A stretch of 64,000 nucleotides of DNA, taken from the NCBI GenBank assembly GCA_045114745.1, contig JBGULD010000049.1:22860-86859 (forward strand). The letters run 5' to 3'. Below are positions 47,014 to 55,879 of this stretch, one piece after another (the stretch's first letter is position 1; each line of letters starts with the position of its first letter). The notes below the pieces were generated by a model, which saw nothing but the letters and a program-made list of their open reading frames with translations, searched no databases and had not been told where the DNA came from. This DNA is from Bacilli bacterium (GTDB lineage: Bacteria > Bacillota_I > Bacilli_A > RFN20 > CAG-826). The translations under genes and the position numbers were made by a program.

Positions 47014-47034
47014 AAGTCTAATTTTTATAGACTT
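47014..47034. terminator. Hairpin AAGTCTA-attttta-TAGACTT with A/T runs on both sides
   Basis: Lies between the tnpB 3' end and the yqeG promoter region. Plausibly insulates the operon from IS read-through. Confidence 0.45.
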
Positions 47035-47059
47035 TATTATTTTTTATAGATAGGAAAAT

Positions 47060-47260
47060 CCGTTTTTCGTAAAACCTTTATAATTATTTATATTCTTTTC
47101 CGTGAACTACCCCCACTTATAGAAGTTGGGGCTTCTTGCGCGATGACCCTAACGGATCAAGCATAAACAAGCTATCCGGACAGTTCCTGCCCTTGGTAAG
47201 TATTTCTATTCCCTTACTTAGAATATTATTTGCGGCGTTTATATCTCTATCATGGCTGAC
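47060..47260 (-). ncRNA. Candidate omega/right-end RNA of TnpB (extent is inferred, not observed)
   Basis: In characterised TnpB elements the guide RNA scaffold overlaps the tnpB 3' end and the right end. Here the tnpB stop codon sits in the loop of the right-end hairpin 47110-47131. Confidence 0.35.
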
Positions 47261-48455
47261 TCCACATTTAGGACAAGTCCATTTCCTGATTGATAAGTCT
47301 TTCGTGATAGAGTTTTTATATCCACATGATGAACAGAGTTGACTACTAGCAAAGTTTGATGGAACTTTAATAACAGTTCTACCATACCAAGATGACTTAT
47401 AAACAAGCATAGTAAGTAATCTAGACATAGAAGCATCCATCATAGATTTGTTATAGTCATTATCTTTACTCATATCCTTTACCTTAAGATCTTCAACACA
47501 TATCACTTGGTTTTCGTTGATAACGTATTTAGTTAACTTATGAAGGTAATCGTTTCTTTGGTTATTGATCTTTCTATAGATTCTAGCAACCTTGATTCTT
47601 TGTTTGTTTCTGTTAGATGAACCTTTCTTCATCTTATCCATCTTTCTTTGCTCTCTAGCAAGTTTATCTTCTGACTTAGCTAAGTATTTATGGTTCTTAT
47701 ATTTAAAGCCATTAGAGTCAATTACTAAATCTTTAACACCTAAATCTAATCCAATAGCCTTATCAGTCTTAGGAAGTGGTTTTATATCTGTTTCTACTAA
47801 TAAAGATATGTAATACTTATCATCACATGTTTTAGATATTGTTACTGATTTAATTATTCCGACAAAGTCTCGATGTTTCTTTATTCTTATTCTTTTACAT
47901 TTAGGGATAGAGATATATCTAGAGTTATCAGATAACTTAACCGAATCTTTTTGGTTATTCGTGGTATAACTCTGATTATTTCTTTTGCTTTTGTATTTAG
48001 GGAACTTGTTTTGACCTCTAAAGAAAGATTTAAAAGCTGTATTCCTGTTTAGCTGAGCGTTAGCCAAAGCCAAAGAATCAATTTCCTTTAAAAATGGATA
48101 ATCTTCTTTATAAGATGCAGGTGTTATGTTTTTAAACTTTTTTGTGGCCTCATATATATCGTTCATATCAGAAAGAGATTTATTATAAAATAATCGTACA
48201 CATCCAAAACATTTAGCAAAGTACTGTTTTTGCTCAGAGTTTGGATAGATGCGATATTTATAGGCTCCTCTTATCATACATATATTATATCATTATTCAT
48301 AATGATATAGAATAAATATTATACTTATTATATATTATGTAATTATTACAGCATGCGTTGCAATTCATCCCCCACCTATAGAGGTTATAATATAATCTTG
48401 ATGGCTAGCGCGATGATCTAGTCATATCAAGATGGGGGACTTCTTGCTGTTTATG
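47095..48455 (-). mobile_element. IS200/IS605-family element carrying only tnpB (no tnpA); boundaries approximate
   Basis: Related structured modules at both ends on the same strand. They are CCCCCACTTATAGAAGTTGGGG-CTTCTTGC (47110-47139) and CCCCCACCTATAGAGGT...TGGGGGACTTCTTGC (48369-48447). The inner stem covaries (CTT/AAG versus CCT/AGG). Confidence 0.75.
47117..48277 (-). CDS. tnpB: TnpB (OrfB_IS605) RNA-guided endonuclease, apparently intact
   Basis: N-terminal YKYRIYPN..Q. RuvC residues in GLDLGVKD, CVEDLKVKDM and DRDINAANNI. Zinc ribbon CSSCG...CPKCG. Confidence 0.9.
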   Translation of the reverse strand: MIRGAYKYRIYPNSEQKQYFAKCFGCVRLFYNKSLSDMNDIYEATKKFKNITPASYKEDYPFLKEIDSLALANAQLNRNTAFKSFFRGQNKFPKYKSKRNNQSYTTNNQKDSVKLSDNSRYISIPKCKRIRIKKHRDFVGIIKSVTISKTCDDKYYISLLVETDIKPLPKTDKAIGLDLGVKDLVIDSNGFKYKNHKYLAKSEDKLAREQRKMDKMKKGSSNRNKQRIKVARIYRKINNQRNDYLHKLTKYVINENQVICVEDLKVKDMSKDNDYNKSMMDASMSRLLTMLVYKSSWYGRTVIKVPSNFASSQLCSSCGYKNSITKDLSIRKWTCPKCGVSHDRDINAANNILSKGIEILTKGRNCPDSLFMLDPLGSSRKKPQLL

Positions 48456-48469
48456 TTAAAACAAGCGAT

Positions 48470-48505
48470 AAAAAACACTCATCTCTTGTGAAATAAGTGC
48501 TTTTT
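48470..48505. terminator. Bidirectional terminator-like hairpin
   Basis: AAAAAA-CACTCA...TAAGTG-cTTTTT. On the minus strand it follows the parC 3' UTR. Confidence 0.5.
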
Positions 48506-48517
48506 CTATATTCCAAT

Positions 48518-48539
48518 AATCTACTAATAATCTACTAAT
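48518..48539 (+). repeat. Heptamer array (e): perfect tandem 2 x AATCTACTAAT
   Basis: 48518-48528 equals 48529-48539. Lies in the parC 3' UTR (ATTAGTA in the sense orientation of parC), flanked by the hairpin ACACAC-aaa-GTGTGT (48552-48566). Confidence 0.65.
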
Positions 48540-48570
48540 TTGATTATTGAACACACAAAGTGTGTTTTAT

Positions 48571-51306
48571 TTATTCATCATCCTCTAGGTCGAAGATGGA
48601 AATTTGTTCGAAGGATTTATCTTCTTCTTTCTTCTTTTTCGGAGCCTTTTCAATTGGTTTAACCGGCTCTTCTTTGATAATTTCCTCTTCTTCAGGAATC
48701 AAAGTTTCTTGTTCGTTAATGATTACTTCTTCTTTTTCGGACATTTCGGGAACATTAACTTCGACTTCTTTTTCCTCGCTATTATCGCTTTCTTCGTCCA
48801 ATTTAGGCTCTTCTACCACGATTTTATGAGAAATCGTCTTCTTATTAATAATTTCAATTGTGGTGTCATAGACGGCGGTAATCGCGGTTCTAGATGGAAG
48901 AGAGATATTTTGTTTAGCGTATTTAGCTTCTGTTTGCTTGAAGTCATCAATACTTAAGCGGAATACACTATTATCGCTGAGGTAAAGATTTAATTTTATT
49001 AAATCTACATCTTTTGGAACTCTAATTGCGTTCACCACTTTATGAGGTTCGCCTTTAAAGGATGGGCAGATTTCTTGAACCTTACCTAAACGCGCGGTAC
49101 GTGTAACCTTATTAATATCTATGATTCTTTGATGTCCTTTATCGGTGAGAATAACGACTTTCGCTCTTTCACCTTCATCAAATGCCACTAAAGCGGCAGC
49201 TTGATTCTTACCTAAGTTAGCGATGGATTTCACACCACCGGCTTTGGCGCCAAGAACTGTTAAATCATTCTCGTTGAATAATGTTGCATTACCAACATTA
49301 GAGATGATGAGTAAGTCACTATTTCCATATAAAACTTGAACTCCGACAACTTCGTCGCCGTTGAGTAATTTCATACATTTTGCGGGACGAGTTCTCTTCA
49401 TTGTTTCTAAGGATGATAAAGCCATACGTTTGATCTGTCCAAAACGAGATAAGAAAGCGAGGAAAATGTCGTTTCTTAAGGTGTGGACAGCGATAGCTTT
49501 GATGATTTTTTCACCTGGTGCAAATTGCACTAAAGTATTGAGGTGAACACCCTCATCTCTGTAACGATTTTCAGTGAGCTTATGAACAGGAATACATGCA
49601 TAGTTACCTATATTTGTAAAACAAATAAGGTAATCTGTGGTCAAAGTCTGTCCGATTGCCACGATTACGTCGCCACTCTTTAAGCCTGGTGCAGCATCGT
49701 CTCCGGAGCCCTTAAATGACTTCAAAGAACAACGTTTTGCATACCCATCACGAGAGACCACAACGATGGTTTCTTCTTCGGCAATAAGTTGACGTTTATC
49801 GATGGCTTCTTCCTCTTCTTTTTCGGCAATTATGGTTCTTCTTTCATCCCCATATTTATTGGAAATTTGTTTTAAATCTTTGATTAAAACACGGTTCAAT
49901 TTGTCCGGATTTGAGAGTATTTCATTGAGCTCTTCGATATCTTTGACGAGTTGTTTTCTTTCTGTTTCAAGAATCTCTTCGTCGGTGTGAGACAACTTAT
50001 ATAAAGGCATGGTCACAATGGCTTCTGCTTGTTCATTAGAGAAACCAAAATGTTTCATGATATTGACCTTACTATCAGCTTTATCTTTACTCTTTCTGAT
50101 GATTTCGACAACTTCGTTAATATAAAGCGAAGCTTTAATTAAACCTTCAACAATATGTAATCTCGCGGAATATTTTTCTAGATCATATTTGCTTTGTCTA
50201 GTGACGACATCAACTTGGTGAGCGATGTAACTATCGACAAAATCTAATAAAGTTAAGGTTTTTGGACGACCATTAACAATAGCTACCATATTCGCAGAAT
50301 ATGAGGTCACTAAAGTGGTCTTTTTCATCAAATATCTTAAAAGTAGCTCTGCTTTGGCGTCTTTTTTGCAGTCAATGGCGATTCTAATTCCCTTATAATC
50401 GCTTTCATCTCTCACTTCAATAAGACCACTAACGGACTTTGAGTGGATAATTTTGTCTATTTCATAGACAAGGTCTTTTTTGACCACTTTATAAGGTATT
50501 TCTGTGATGATAATTTGTTGATTGTCTTTATTTTTGACAATTTCCGTTTTGCTAGCAACTTCTACTTTTCCGCGGCCTGTTAAGTATATATTTCTTAACC
50601 CTTCGGAACGGTAAATGGTGCCACCACCAGGGAAGTCTGGACCTTGAACGAATTCTAATAAATCTTCAGTTGTTGCAGTCTTATGACCGATGCGATAAAT
50701 GACCGCATCGATGACTTCTTTGAGGTTGTGCGGAGGGATTTCAGTTGCTAAAGCAACTGCGATACCTTCTGTACCATTGCATAGAAGGTTTGGAAAACGG
50801 GATGGTAAAACGATTGGTTCGAACTCGGTATCATCAAAGTTTAACTGCATATCAACAGTTTTCTTTTCGATATCGCGAACTAATTCGTTACTTAATTCAC
50901 TTAATCTAGATTCGGTATAACGGTAAGCCGCTGGTTGGTCACCATCGATACTACCATTATTGCCCTGAAAGTCGATTAATGGGTATCTAACTTTCCAATC
51001 TTGACTCATACGAGCAAGAGCTTCATAGATAGATGTATCACCATGTGGGTGGAAAGTACCCATAACCGCACCAACGGTGTGAGCACACTTCTTGGTTGGC
51101 TTGTTAAAAGTGTTACCACTTTTATACATGGAGAAAATGATTCTTCTTTGAACTGGTTTTAAACCATCTCTAACATCAGGGATAGCACGATCTTGGATGA
51201 CGTATTTGGCATATGTGGCGTAGCGGTCACCCATGACATCTTCAAGAGGTTCAACGGAGATGTTTTCGATAATCGGTTCGATGATTTCTTCTTTTTTCTT
51301 CGCCAT
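48571..51306 (-). CDS. parC: DNA topoisomerase IV subunit A with a long acidic/Lys-rich C-terminal tail
   Basis: LEDVMGDRYATYAKYVIQDRAIPDVRDGLKPVQRRI matches the ParC N-terminus. No GyrA box seen. The parE-parC pair beside plsY matches other Firmicutes. Confidence 0.85.
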   Translation of the reverse strand: MAKKKEEIIEPIIENISVEPLEDVMGDRYATYAKYVIQDRAIPDVRDGLKPVQRRIIFSMYKSGNTFNKPTKKCAHTVGAVMGTFHPHGDTSIYEALARMSQDWKVRYPLIDFQGNNGSIDGDQPAAYRYTESRLSELSNELVRDIEKKTVDMQLNFDDTEFEPIVLPSRFPNLLCNGTEGIAVALATEIPPHNLKEVIDAVIYRIGHKTATTEDLLEFVQGPDFPGGGTIYRSEGLRNIYLTGRGKVEVASKTEIVKNKDNQQIIITEIPYKVVKKDLVYEIDKIIHSKSVSGLIEVRDESDYKGIRIAIDCKKDAKAELLLRYLMKKTTLVTSYSANMVAIVNGRPKTLTLLDFVDSYIAHQVDVVTRQSKYDLEKYSARLHIVEGLIKASLYINEVVEIIRKSKDKADSKVNIMKHFGFSNEQAEAIVTMPLYKLSHTDEEILETERKQLVKDIEELNEILSNPDKLNRVLIKDLKQISNKYGDERRTIIAEKEEEEAIDKRQLIAEEETIVVVSRDGYAKRCSLKSFKGSGDDAAPGLKSGDVIVAIGQTLTTDYLICFTNIGNYACIPVHKLTENRYRDEGVHLNTLVQFAPGEKIIKAIAVHTLRNDIFLAFLSRFGQIKRMALSSLETMKRTRPAKCMKLLNGDEVVGVQVLYGNSDLLIISNVGNATLFNENDLTVLGAKAGGVKSIANLGKNQAAALVAFDEGERAKVVILTDKGHQRIIDINKVTRTARLGKVQEICPSFKGEPHKVVNAIRVPKDVDLIKLNLYLSDNSVFRLSIDDFKQTEAKYAKQNISLPSRTAITAVYDTTIEIINKKTISHKIVVEEPKLDEESDNSEEKEVEVNVPEMSEKEEVIINEQETLIPEEEEIIKEEPVKPIEKAPKKKKEEDKSFEQISIFDLEDDE

Positions 51307-51307
51307 C

Positions 51308-53254
51308 TTACTTGACCTCCTTCATGAATGTGTCAATTTCATTGAAATTGACATTCTCTTCTACCCACTTCTTTCTCGCACTGGTATCCTTACCCATTAA
51401 AACGCTGACACGGGAATCTGCTAAAAGAGGATCTTCAATATCAACACGGATTAAAAGACGGGATTTTGGATCCATGGTTGTTTCCTTTAATTGGATAGCA
51501 TCCATTTCACCCAAACCTTTATAACGAGAAACTTTATATCCAGCACCAACGTGCTTTTTCGCTTTTTCTAAACCTTCGTCATCCCACGCATATTCTTGTT
51601 TCATCTTGTGGTTCTCTTCTTTGAAGACACGATAAAGAGGTGGAACGGCAATATAGACATGACCAGATGTGATCAATGGTCTCATATAGTGATAGAAGAA
51701 TGTCAAAAGCAATGTTTGAATGTGTGCACCATCGGTATCAGCATCGGTCATGATGATGATTTTTCCATAGTGAATATCATCAATATCGAACGATTGACCG
51801 AAACCCGCACCAATTGTGTTAATAATTGTGGCAATTTCTTCATTCTTTAAAACATTACTCAAAGCCATGCCATCGGTATTTAATGGTTTACCACGAAGTG
51901 GTAAGATGGCTTGGTGTAATCTATCTCTACCTTTTTTTGCACTGCCACCAGCAGAATCACCCTCAACGATGAATAATTCGTTTTTGGCGTAATCCTTACT
52001 TTGAGCAGGTGTTAATTTATCCGATAAAATGACTTCCGCTTTCGCTTTTTTGGCGCTACGGGCATCATCTTTGGCTTTTCTAGCAGCTAATCTAGCAGCT
52101 TGGCTATCAAGACACTTTTTAATGAGTGTGACCGCCATATCTCTGTTCTCAGTTAAATAATAAGTAAACTTATTATATATCATATTTTGCACAATGTAGG
52201 TTGCTTCTTGAGTACCGAGTTTACCCTTAGTTTGACCCTCAAATTCCAATAATTTTTCAGGGATTTTTAAAGCGATAATCGCGGTGATGCCTTCTCTGAT
52301 GTCATTACCATCGAGTTTCTTACCATGCAAAATGTTATAATTTTCACCAAAATCATTGACCGCTCTGGTGATACCGGTTTTGAAGCCAACTTCATGGGTT
52401 CCACCCTCTTTTGTTCTTACGTTATTTACGTAAGACAAGATGGTTTCATTATAGTCTTCATTACAGTATTGAAGGGCGATTTCGGTACTAATTCCAGTGG
52501 TCTCATCAACCTCGGCAAAGCTCGCAATTTCCGTCATCGGAGACTTGTTAGCGTTGATGCTGGCGACGTATTGAACTAGACCATTTTCATAGTAGAATTC
52601 TTCATTATCATTAGTTCTTTCATCAATCAAAATGAAGCGTACACCCTTCATCAAAAAGGCGCTTTCTTTGAGGTGACCGGCAATGATATCACGCTTAAAT
52701 TCGACGGTCGAAAAGATCTTATCATCTGGTTTAAATCTCACATATGTACCATGCTTTTTGGTGGTGCCAATTTCTTCTAATGGGACCACTATTTTGCCTC
52801 CATCTTCGAAGCGCATATGGTATATTCTACCGTCTCTATAGACGGTAGCATCTAAATAAAGACTGAGTGCATTGGTGACGGAAGCACCGACACCATGGAG
52901 ACCAGCTGCAGATTTATAAACGGCGCTGTTAAATTTTCCGCCGGCATGTAATTCGGTAAAAACTAATTCGAGAGCGCTTCTCCCTGTTTCTTTATTAATG
53001 CCACAAGGAATGCCACGACCTTCATCCTGTACAGAAAGAGAACCATCTTTATGAATGGTGATTGTGATCTTATTTCCGAAACCTGACAAAGATTCATCAA
53101 CGGCGTTATCAACGATTTCCCACACTAAATGATGAAGACCTTGTGCATTAGTTGAACCAATGTACATGGCTGGTCTTTTTCTGACACCTTCAAGTCCTTG
53201 TAATACGTGAATATCGTCAGCGGTATATGTGGTTTTAATTTTATTATCTGCCAT
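51308..53254 (-). CDS. parE: DNA topoisomerase IV subunit B
   Basis: GHKL ATPase (LHHLVWEIVDNAVDE), Toprim (EGDSAGG), PLRGK.LN. Confidence 0.85.
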   Translation of the reverse strand: MADNKIKTTYTADDIHVLQGLEGVRKRPAMYIGSTNAQGLHHLVWEIVDNAVDESLSGFGNKITITIHKDGSLSVQDEGRGIPCGINKETGRSALELVFTELHAGGKFNSAVYKSAAGLHGVGASVTNALSLYLDATVYRDGRIYHMRFEDGGKIVVPLEEIGTTKKHGTYVRFKPDDKIFSTVEFKRDIIAGHLKESAFLMKGVRFILIDERTNDNEEFYYENGLVQYVASINANKSPMTEIASFAEVDETTGISTEIALQYCNEDYNETILSYVNNVRTKEGGTHEVGFKTGITRAVNDFGENYNILHGKKLDGNDIREGITAIIALKIPEKLLEFEGQTKGKLGTQEATYIVQNMIYNKFTYYLTENRDMAVTLIKKCLDSQAARLAARKAKDDARSAKKAKAEVILSDKLTPAQSKDYAKNELFIVEGDSAGGSAKKGRDRLHQAILPLRGKPLNTDGMALSNVLKNEEIATIINTIGAGFGQSFDIDDIHYGKIIIMTDADTDGAHIQTLLLTFFYHYMRPLITSGHVYIAVPPLYRVFKEENHKMKQEYAWDDEGLEKAKKHVGAGYKVSRYKGLGEMDAIQLKETTMDPKSRLLIRVDIEDPLLADSRVSVLMGKDTSARKKWVEENVNFNEIDTFMKEVK

Positions 53255-53295
53255 ATATGTCTCTCCGAATCGCTTTTAATTATAATCAAAAATCG

Positions 53296-53323
53296 TTGAA
53301 AATATAAAGTTATTTAGTAGAAT
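53296..53323 (+). promoter_or_regulatory. plsY promoter
   Basis: TTGAAA (53296-53301), 16-nt spacer, TAGAAT (53318-53323). Confidence 0.5.
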
Positions 53324-53351
53324 ATAAGATAGTATTTTTGGGAGGTAAACT

Positions 53352-54152
53352 ATGAATATATTATTACTTAATATATTGGTCGGATTAATTATTCTCATAA
53401 TTGGTTATGTTTTTGGTTCGATACCAACTGCAGTGTGGGTTGGAAAGATATTCTTTCACCAAGACCCTAGAGACTATGGTTCACATAATGCCGGTGGCAC
53501 AAACGCTGGTAGATTATGGGGAAAGAAAGTTGGTTTTTGCGTTATCATGCTCGATATGATCAAGACCATCGCGCCTTTATACATATCCTGGGCAATTTTG
53601 ACCTTTGTAAAATTCGACTATAGCGGCCTCCAAAGCAATAATCCGTTATTAACAGGCAACAATCCTCTCCTTGCTGATGTCAAAACTTACTACACTGACA
53701 TGAATCAATACTACGCAATCGTCTGGCCAATCTATTGGTTAGCGCCTCTCGGATGCATGGTTGGCCATTGTTGGCCAATGTTCGCTAAATTCAAAGGTGG
53801 AAAAGCCGCGAGTAGCTTCATGGGCACCACCGTTATGTGTTCCTGGATGCTCGGATTCTTACCCGGATTCTTCTATTTAGGAACATTAAAGTGGAAAAAG
53901 ATGGTATCCTTCTCCGCGATTCTTCAAGGTATATTTGTTTCCTTGATTACTTGGATCTGGGTCATCCTAGTGTTATGCAAAGTTATCCCTGGAGACTTCG
54001 CTTGGTTACCAATGTATGGACCAGGATTAAATCCAAACTGGACTTACGCTACAGTTGTGACAATCTTAGCCATCGTTATGATTGCTAGACACCATGAAAA
54101 TATCGCTCGAATCCGTGCTGGAACCGAGAGAAAAATCACATGGATGAAATAA
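53352..54152 (+). CDS. plsY: Glycerol-3-phosphate acyltransferase PlsY (with an internal insertion of about 60 aa)
   Basis: GSHNAGGTNAGR and FKGGKAAS motifs. 266 aa, versus about 200 typical. Confidence 0.85.
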   Translation: MNILLLNILVGLIILIIGYVFGSIPTAVWVGKIFFHQDPRDYGSHNAGGTNAGRLWGKKVGFCVIMLDMIKTIAPLYISWAILTFVKFDYSGLQSNNPLLTGNNPLLADVKTYYTDMNQYYAIVWPIYWLAPLGCMVGHCWPMFAKFKGGKAASSFMGTTVMCSWMLGFLPGFFYLGTLKWKKMVSFSAILQGIFVSLITWIWVILVLCKVIPGDFAWLPMYGPGLNPNWTYATVVTILAIVMIARHHENIARIRAGTERKITWMK

Positions 54153-54157
54153 AATTA

Positions 54158-54186
54158 CGTAGTGAAATATTAGTAAAAAATTAGTA
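54158..54186 (-). repeat. Heptamer array (f), ATTAGTA orientation on the + strand
   Basis: CGTAGTG at 54158 (weak), ATTAGTA at 54169, ATTAGTA at 54180. Sits between the plsY stop and its terminator hairpin, 4 nt from the hairpin. Confidence 0.6.
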
Positions 54187-54190
54187 GATT

Positions 54191-54217
54191 ACCTATGCTT
54201 GCATAGGTTTTCTTTTT
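54191..54217 (+). terminator. plsY terminator
   Basis: ACCTATGC-tt-GCATAGGT followed by a T-rich tract. Confidence 0.75.
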
Positions 54218-54331
54218 GTCTTTGAAAAATCAATTAATAGAATTTGCTATATTGTATTGATATTCAGCTATTCTTTGCTGCCTTTTAAGTAAACGCAGAT
54301 GTTTTGATTTTCGTTCTAACCTTCAATGGCA

Positions 54332-54359
54332 GAAAAAAAGAAGGCTGTTTTTGCCTTCT
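54332..54359 (-). terminator. Terminator of the efp-yneF unit
   Basis: On the minus strand, GAAGGC-aaaaaca-GCCTTC followed by TTTTTTT. Confidence 0.7.
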
Positions 54360-54376
54360 TTTAGCCGTTTTGAGCG

Positions 54377-54604
54377 TTATTGTTTATTAACGTTTCTCAT
54401 GATTTCACGGATTTGCTTTTCGCTTGGCGTACGGCCCATTTGCGCAAACATGACGCGAATCATTTTTTCGTTAATTGGAGGGTTCTTTTGCATTTCTTTC
54501 TTGATGATGTATCTGGCAAGGAAGAAACCTAAGATACCGCCCACAAGGAATAAACCGATGAGTAAGAATATAAACCCGACGGTGTTCATTTCCATTTGAA
54601 CCAT
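54377..54604 (-). CDS. yneF: UPF0154/YneF-family small membrane protein
   Basis: N-terminal TM helix followed by KKNPPINEKMIR.MF.QMGR.PS.K.I. Confidence 0.85.
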   Translation of the reverse strand: MVQMEMNTVGFIFLLIGLFLVGGILGFFLARYIIKKEMQKNPPINEKMIRVMFAQMGRTPSEKQIREIMRNVNKQ

Positions 54605-54617
54605 GGATTATATCCTC

Positions 54618-55175
54618 CTATGCTCTGCTATCGTATTCACCATTATCGGTACGAACGAGAACGACTTCTCCTTCGGAGATAAATAATGGGACACGGACTG
54701 TAATGCCGGTTTCAAGCTTTGCTTCTTTTGTGGCTTTGTTAACTGTATCACCACGAACTGCTGGTTCGCATTCCACAATCTTTAAAGCGACTTTAGCTGG
54801 TAAGTTGACGTCGAGGACTTCGCCTTCATAAGAAGTAATTTCAACGATTTCATCTCCCTTAAGGAATTTGCATTCCCATTCAAGACGAGACTTAGAAATT
54901 TCGATTTGTTCATATGTTTCTTGATCCATGAACACGAGGAAATCTCCTGTATCGTATAAATATTGCATGGCTTTCTTATCTAGACGAATGTTTTCGATGC
55001 CGTAACCACTGTTACGAGAAATTTCTGTAACGGCGCCAGTTCTCATATTCTTTGCTTTGACAACGGCAACCATCTTTCTCATCGCGGTTTTGTTTAACAA
55101 AATGTCTAACACTTTGTAAATGTTACCATCTTCGATGAAATAGTTTCCTGGTCTTAATTCTGTGACATTAATCAT
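54618..55175 (-). CDS. efp: Elongation factor P
   Basis: 185 aa with LRPGN, VKPGKG-equivalent region and ETG..V.VP.F. Confidence 0.95.
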   Translation of the reverse strand: MINVTELRPGNYFIEDGNIYKVLDILLNKTAMRKMVAVVKAKNMRTGAVTEISRNSGYGIENIRLDKKAMQYLYDTGDFLVFMDQETYEQIEISKSRLEWECKFLKGDEIVEITSYEGEVLDVNLPAKVALKIVECEPAVRGDTVNKATKEAKLETGITVRVPLFISEGEVVLVRTDNGEYDSRA

Positions 55176-55229
55176 GTTGATTTAGCCCCTTTCTTATAAA
55201 ATTTCATTTGATATTATATCAAACAATTA

Positions 55230-55862
55230 CTATTTGACAAAATGATTTACAATTCTCTCTTCTTTTATTGATGTGGTTTCGTTATGTCCGGGATAGACGA
55301 TAACATCTTCTGGTAGGGACAATATTTTGTTTAAAGTGTCCACTATTTTACTCGGATCAGAAGTTGGAAAATCACTTCTTCCGATGCTTCCTTTAAATAA
55401 CGAATCGCCTGAGAAAAGTATTTTACTATCTTTTAGATAGAAACAACTGGAACCTTCTGTGTGATATGGAGTTTCTAAAACTAAGATGTCTTCCGATAAG
55501 AACTTCAAGACATCACCATCTTTAACCGGTAGATACTCGCTTTTCACAAAAACGTCTTTTCTTGAGAATTTATCGGAACAATTTAATTTTGGGTTCTTTA
55601 AGAACTCACCATCTTTTTGATTTAAATAAACGGGTATGTTGAATGTCTTTACCAAATTGTCAACACCTTGGATATGATCAAAATGGCCATGAGTTAAAAG
55701 GATGGCTTTTGGTTTATAACCATTTTCATTGAGGAAATCTATAACGCGGGAATCCGGTTTTCCAGGATCCACAATAACTGCATTACCATCTTCATCGACG
55801 AGGACATATGTGTTCGCGTATAGTTCAAACCAGTTGGTGTTAATAAAGGGAAAGACTTTCAT
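55230..55862 (-). CDS. MBL-fold metallo-hydrolase
   Basis: LLTHGHFDHIQG motif. 210 aa. Confidence 0.8.
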   Translation of the reverse strand: MKVFPFINTNWFELYANTYVLVDEDGNAVIVDPGKPDSRVIDFLNENGYKPKAILLTHGHFDHIQGVDNLVKTFNIPVYLNQKDGEFLKNPKLNCSDKFSRKDVFVKSEYLPVKDGDVLKFLSEDILVLETPYHTEGSSCFYLKDSKILFSGDSLFKGSIGRSDFPTSDPSKIVDTLNKILSLPEDVIVYPGHNETTSIKEERIVNHFVK

Positions 55863-55879
55863 ATTTCTTCTCTATATAA

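Noticed and set aside
48518-48539. Tandem 11-mers as a CRISPR or minisatellite locus.
   Set aside because: Only two to three units of 11 bp with no spacers, and there are no cas genes in the window. This is not CRISPR-like.
48571-53254. Calling the type II topoisomerase pair gyrB/gyrA.
   Set aside because: The N-terminus of the A subunit matches the ParC pattern (LEDVMGDR...KYVIQDRAIPDVRDGLKPVQRR). No GyrA-box (QRRGGKG-like) is visible in the C-terminal domain. The B-A order next to plsY matches parE-parC of other Firmicutes.
53636-53677. Short tandem peptide repeat NNPLLTG-NNPLLA inside the PlsY insertion.
   Set aside because: It is a single imperfect duplication within a loop insertion, most simply explained as local slippage. 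There is no evidence of function.
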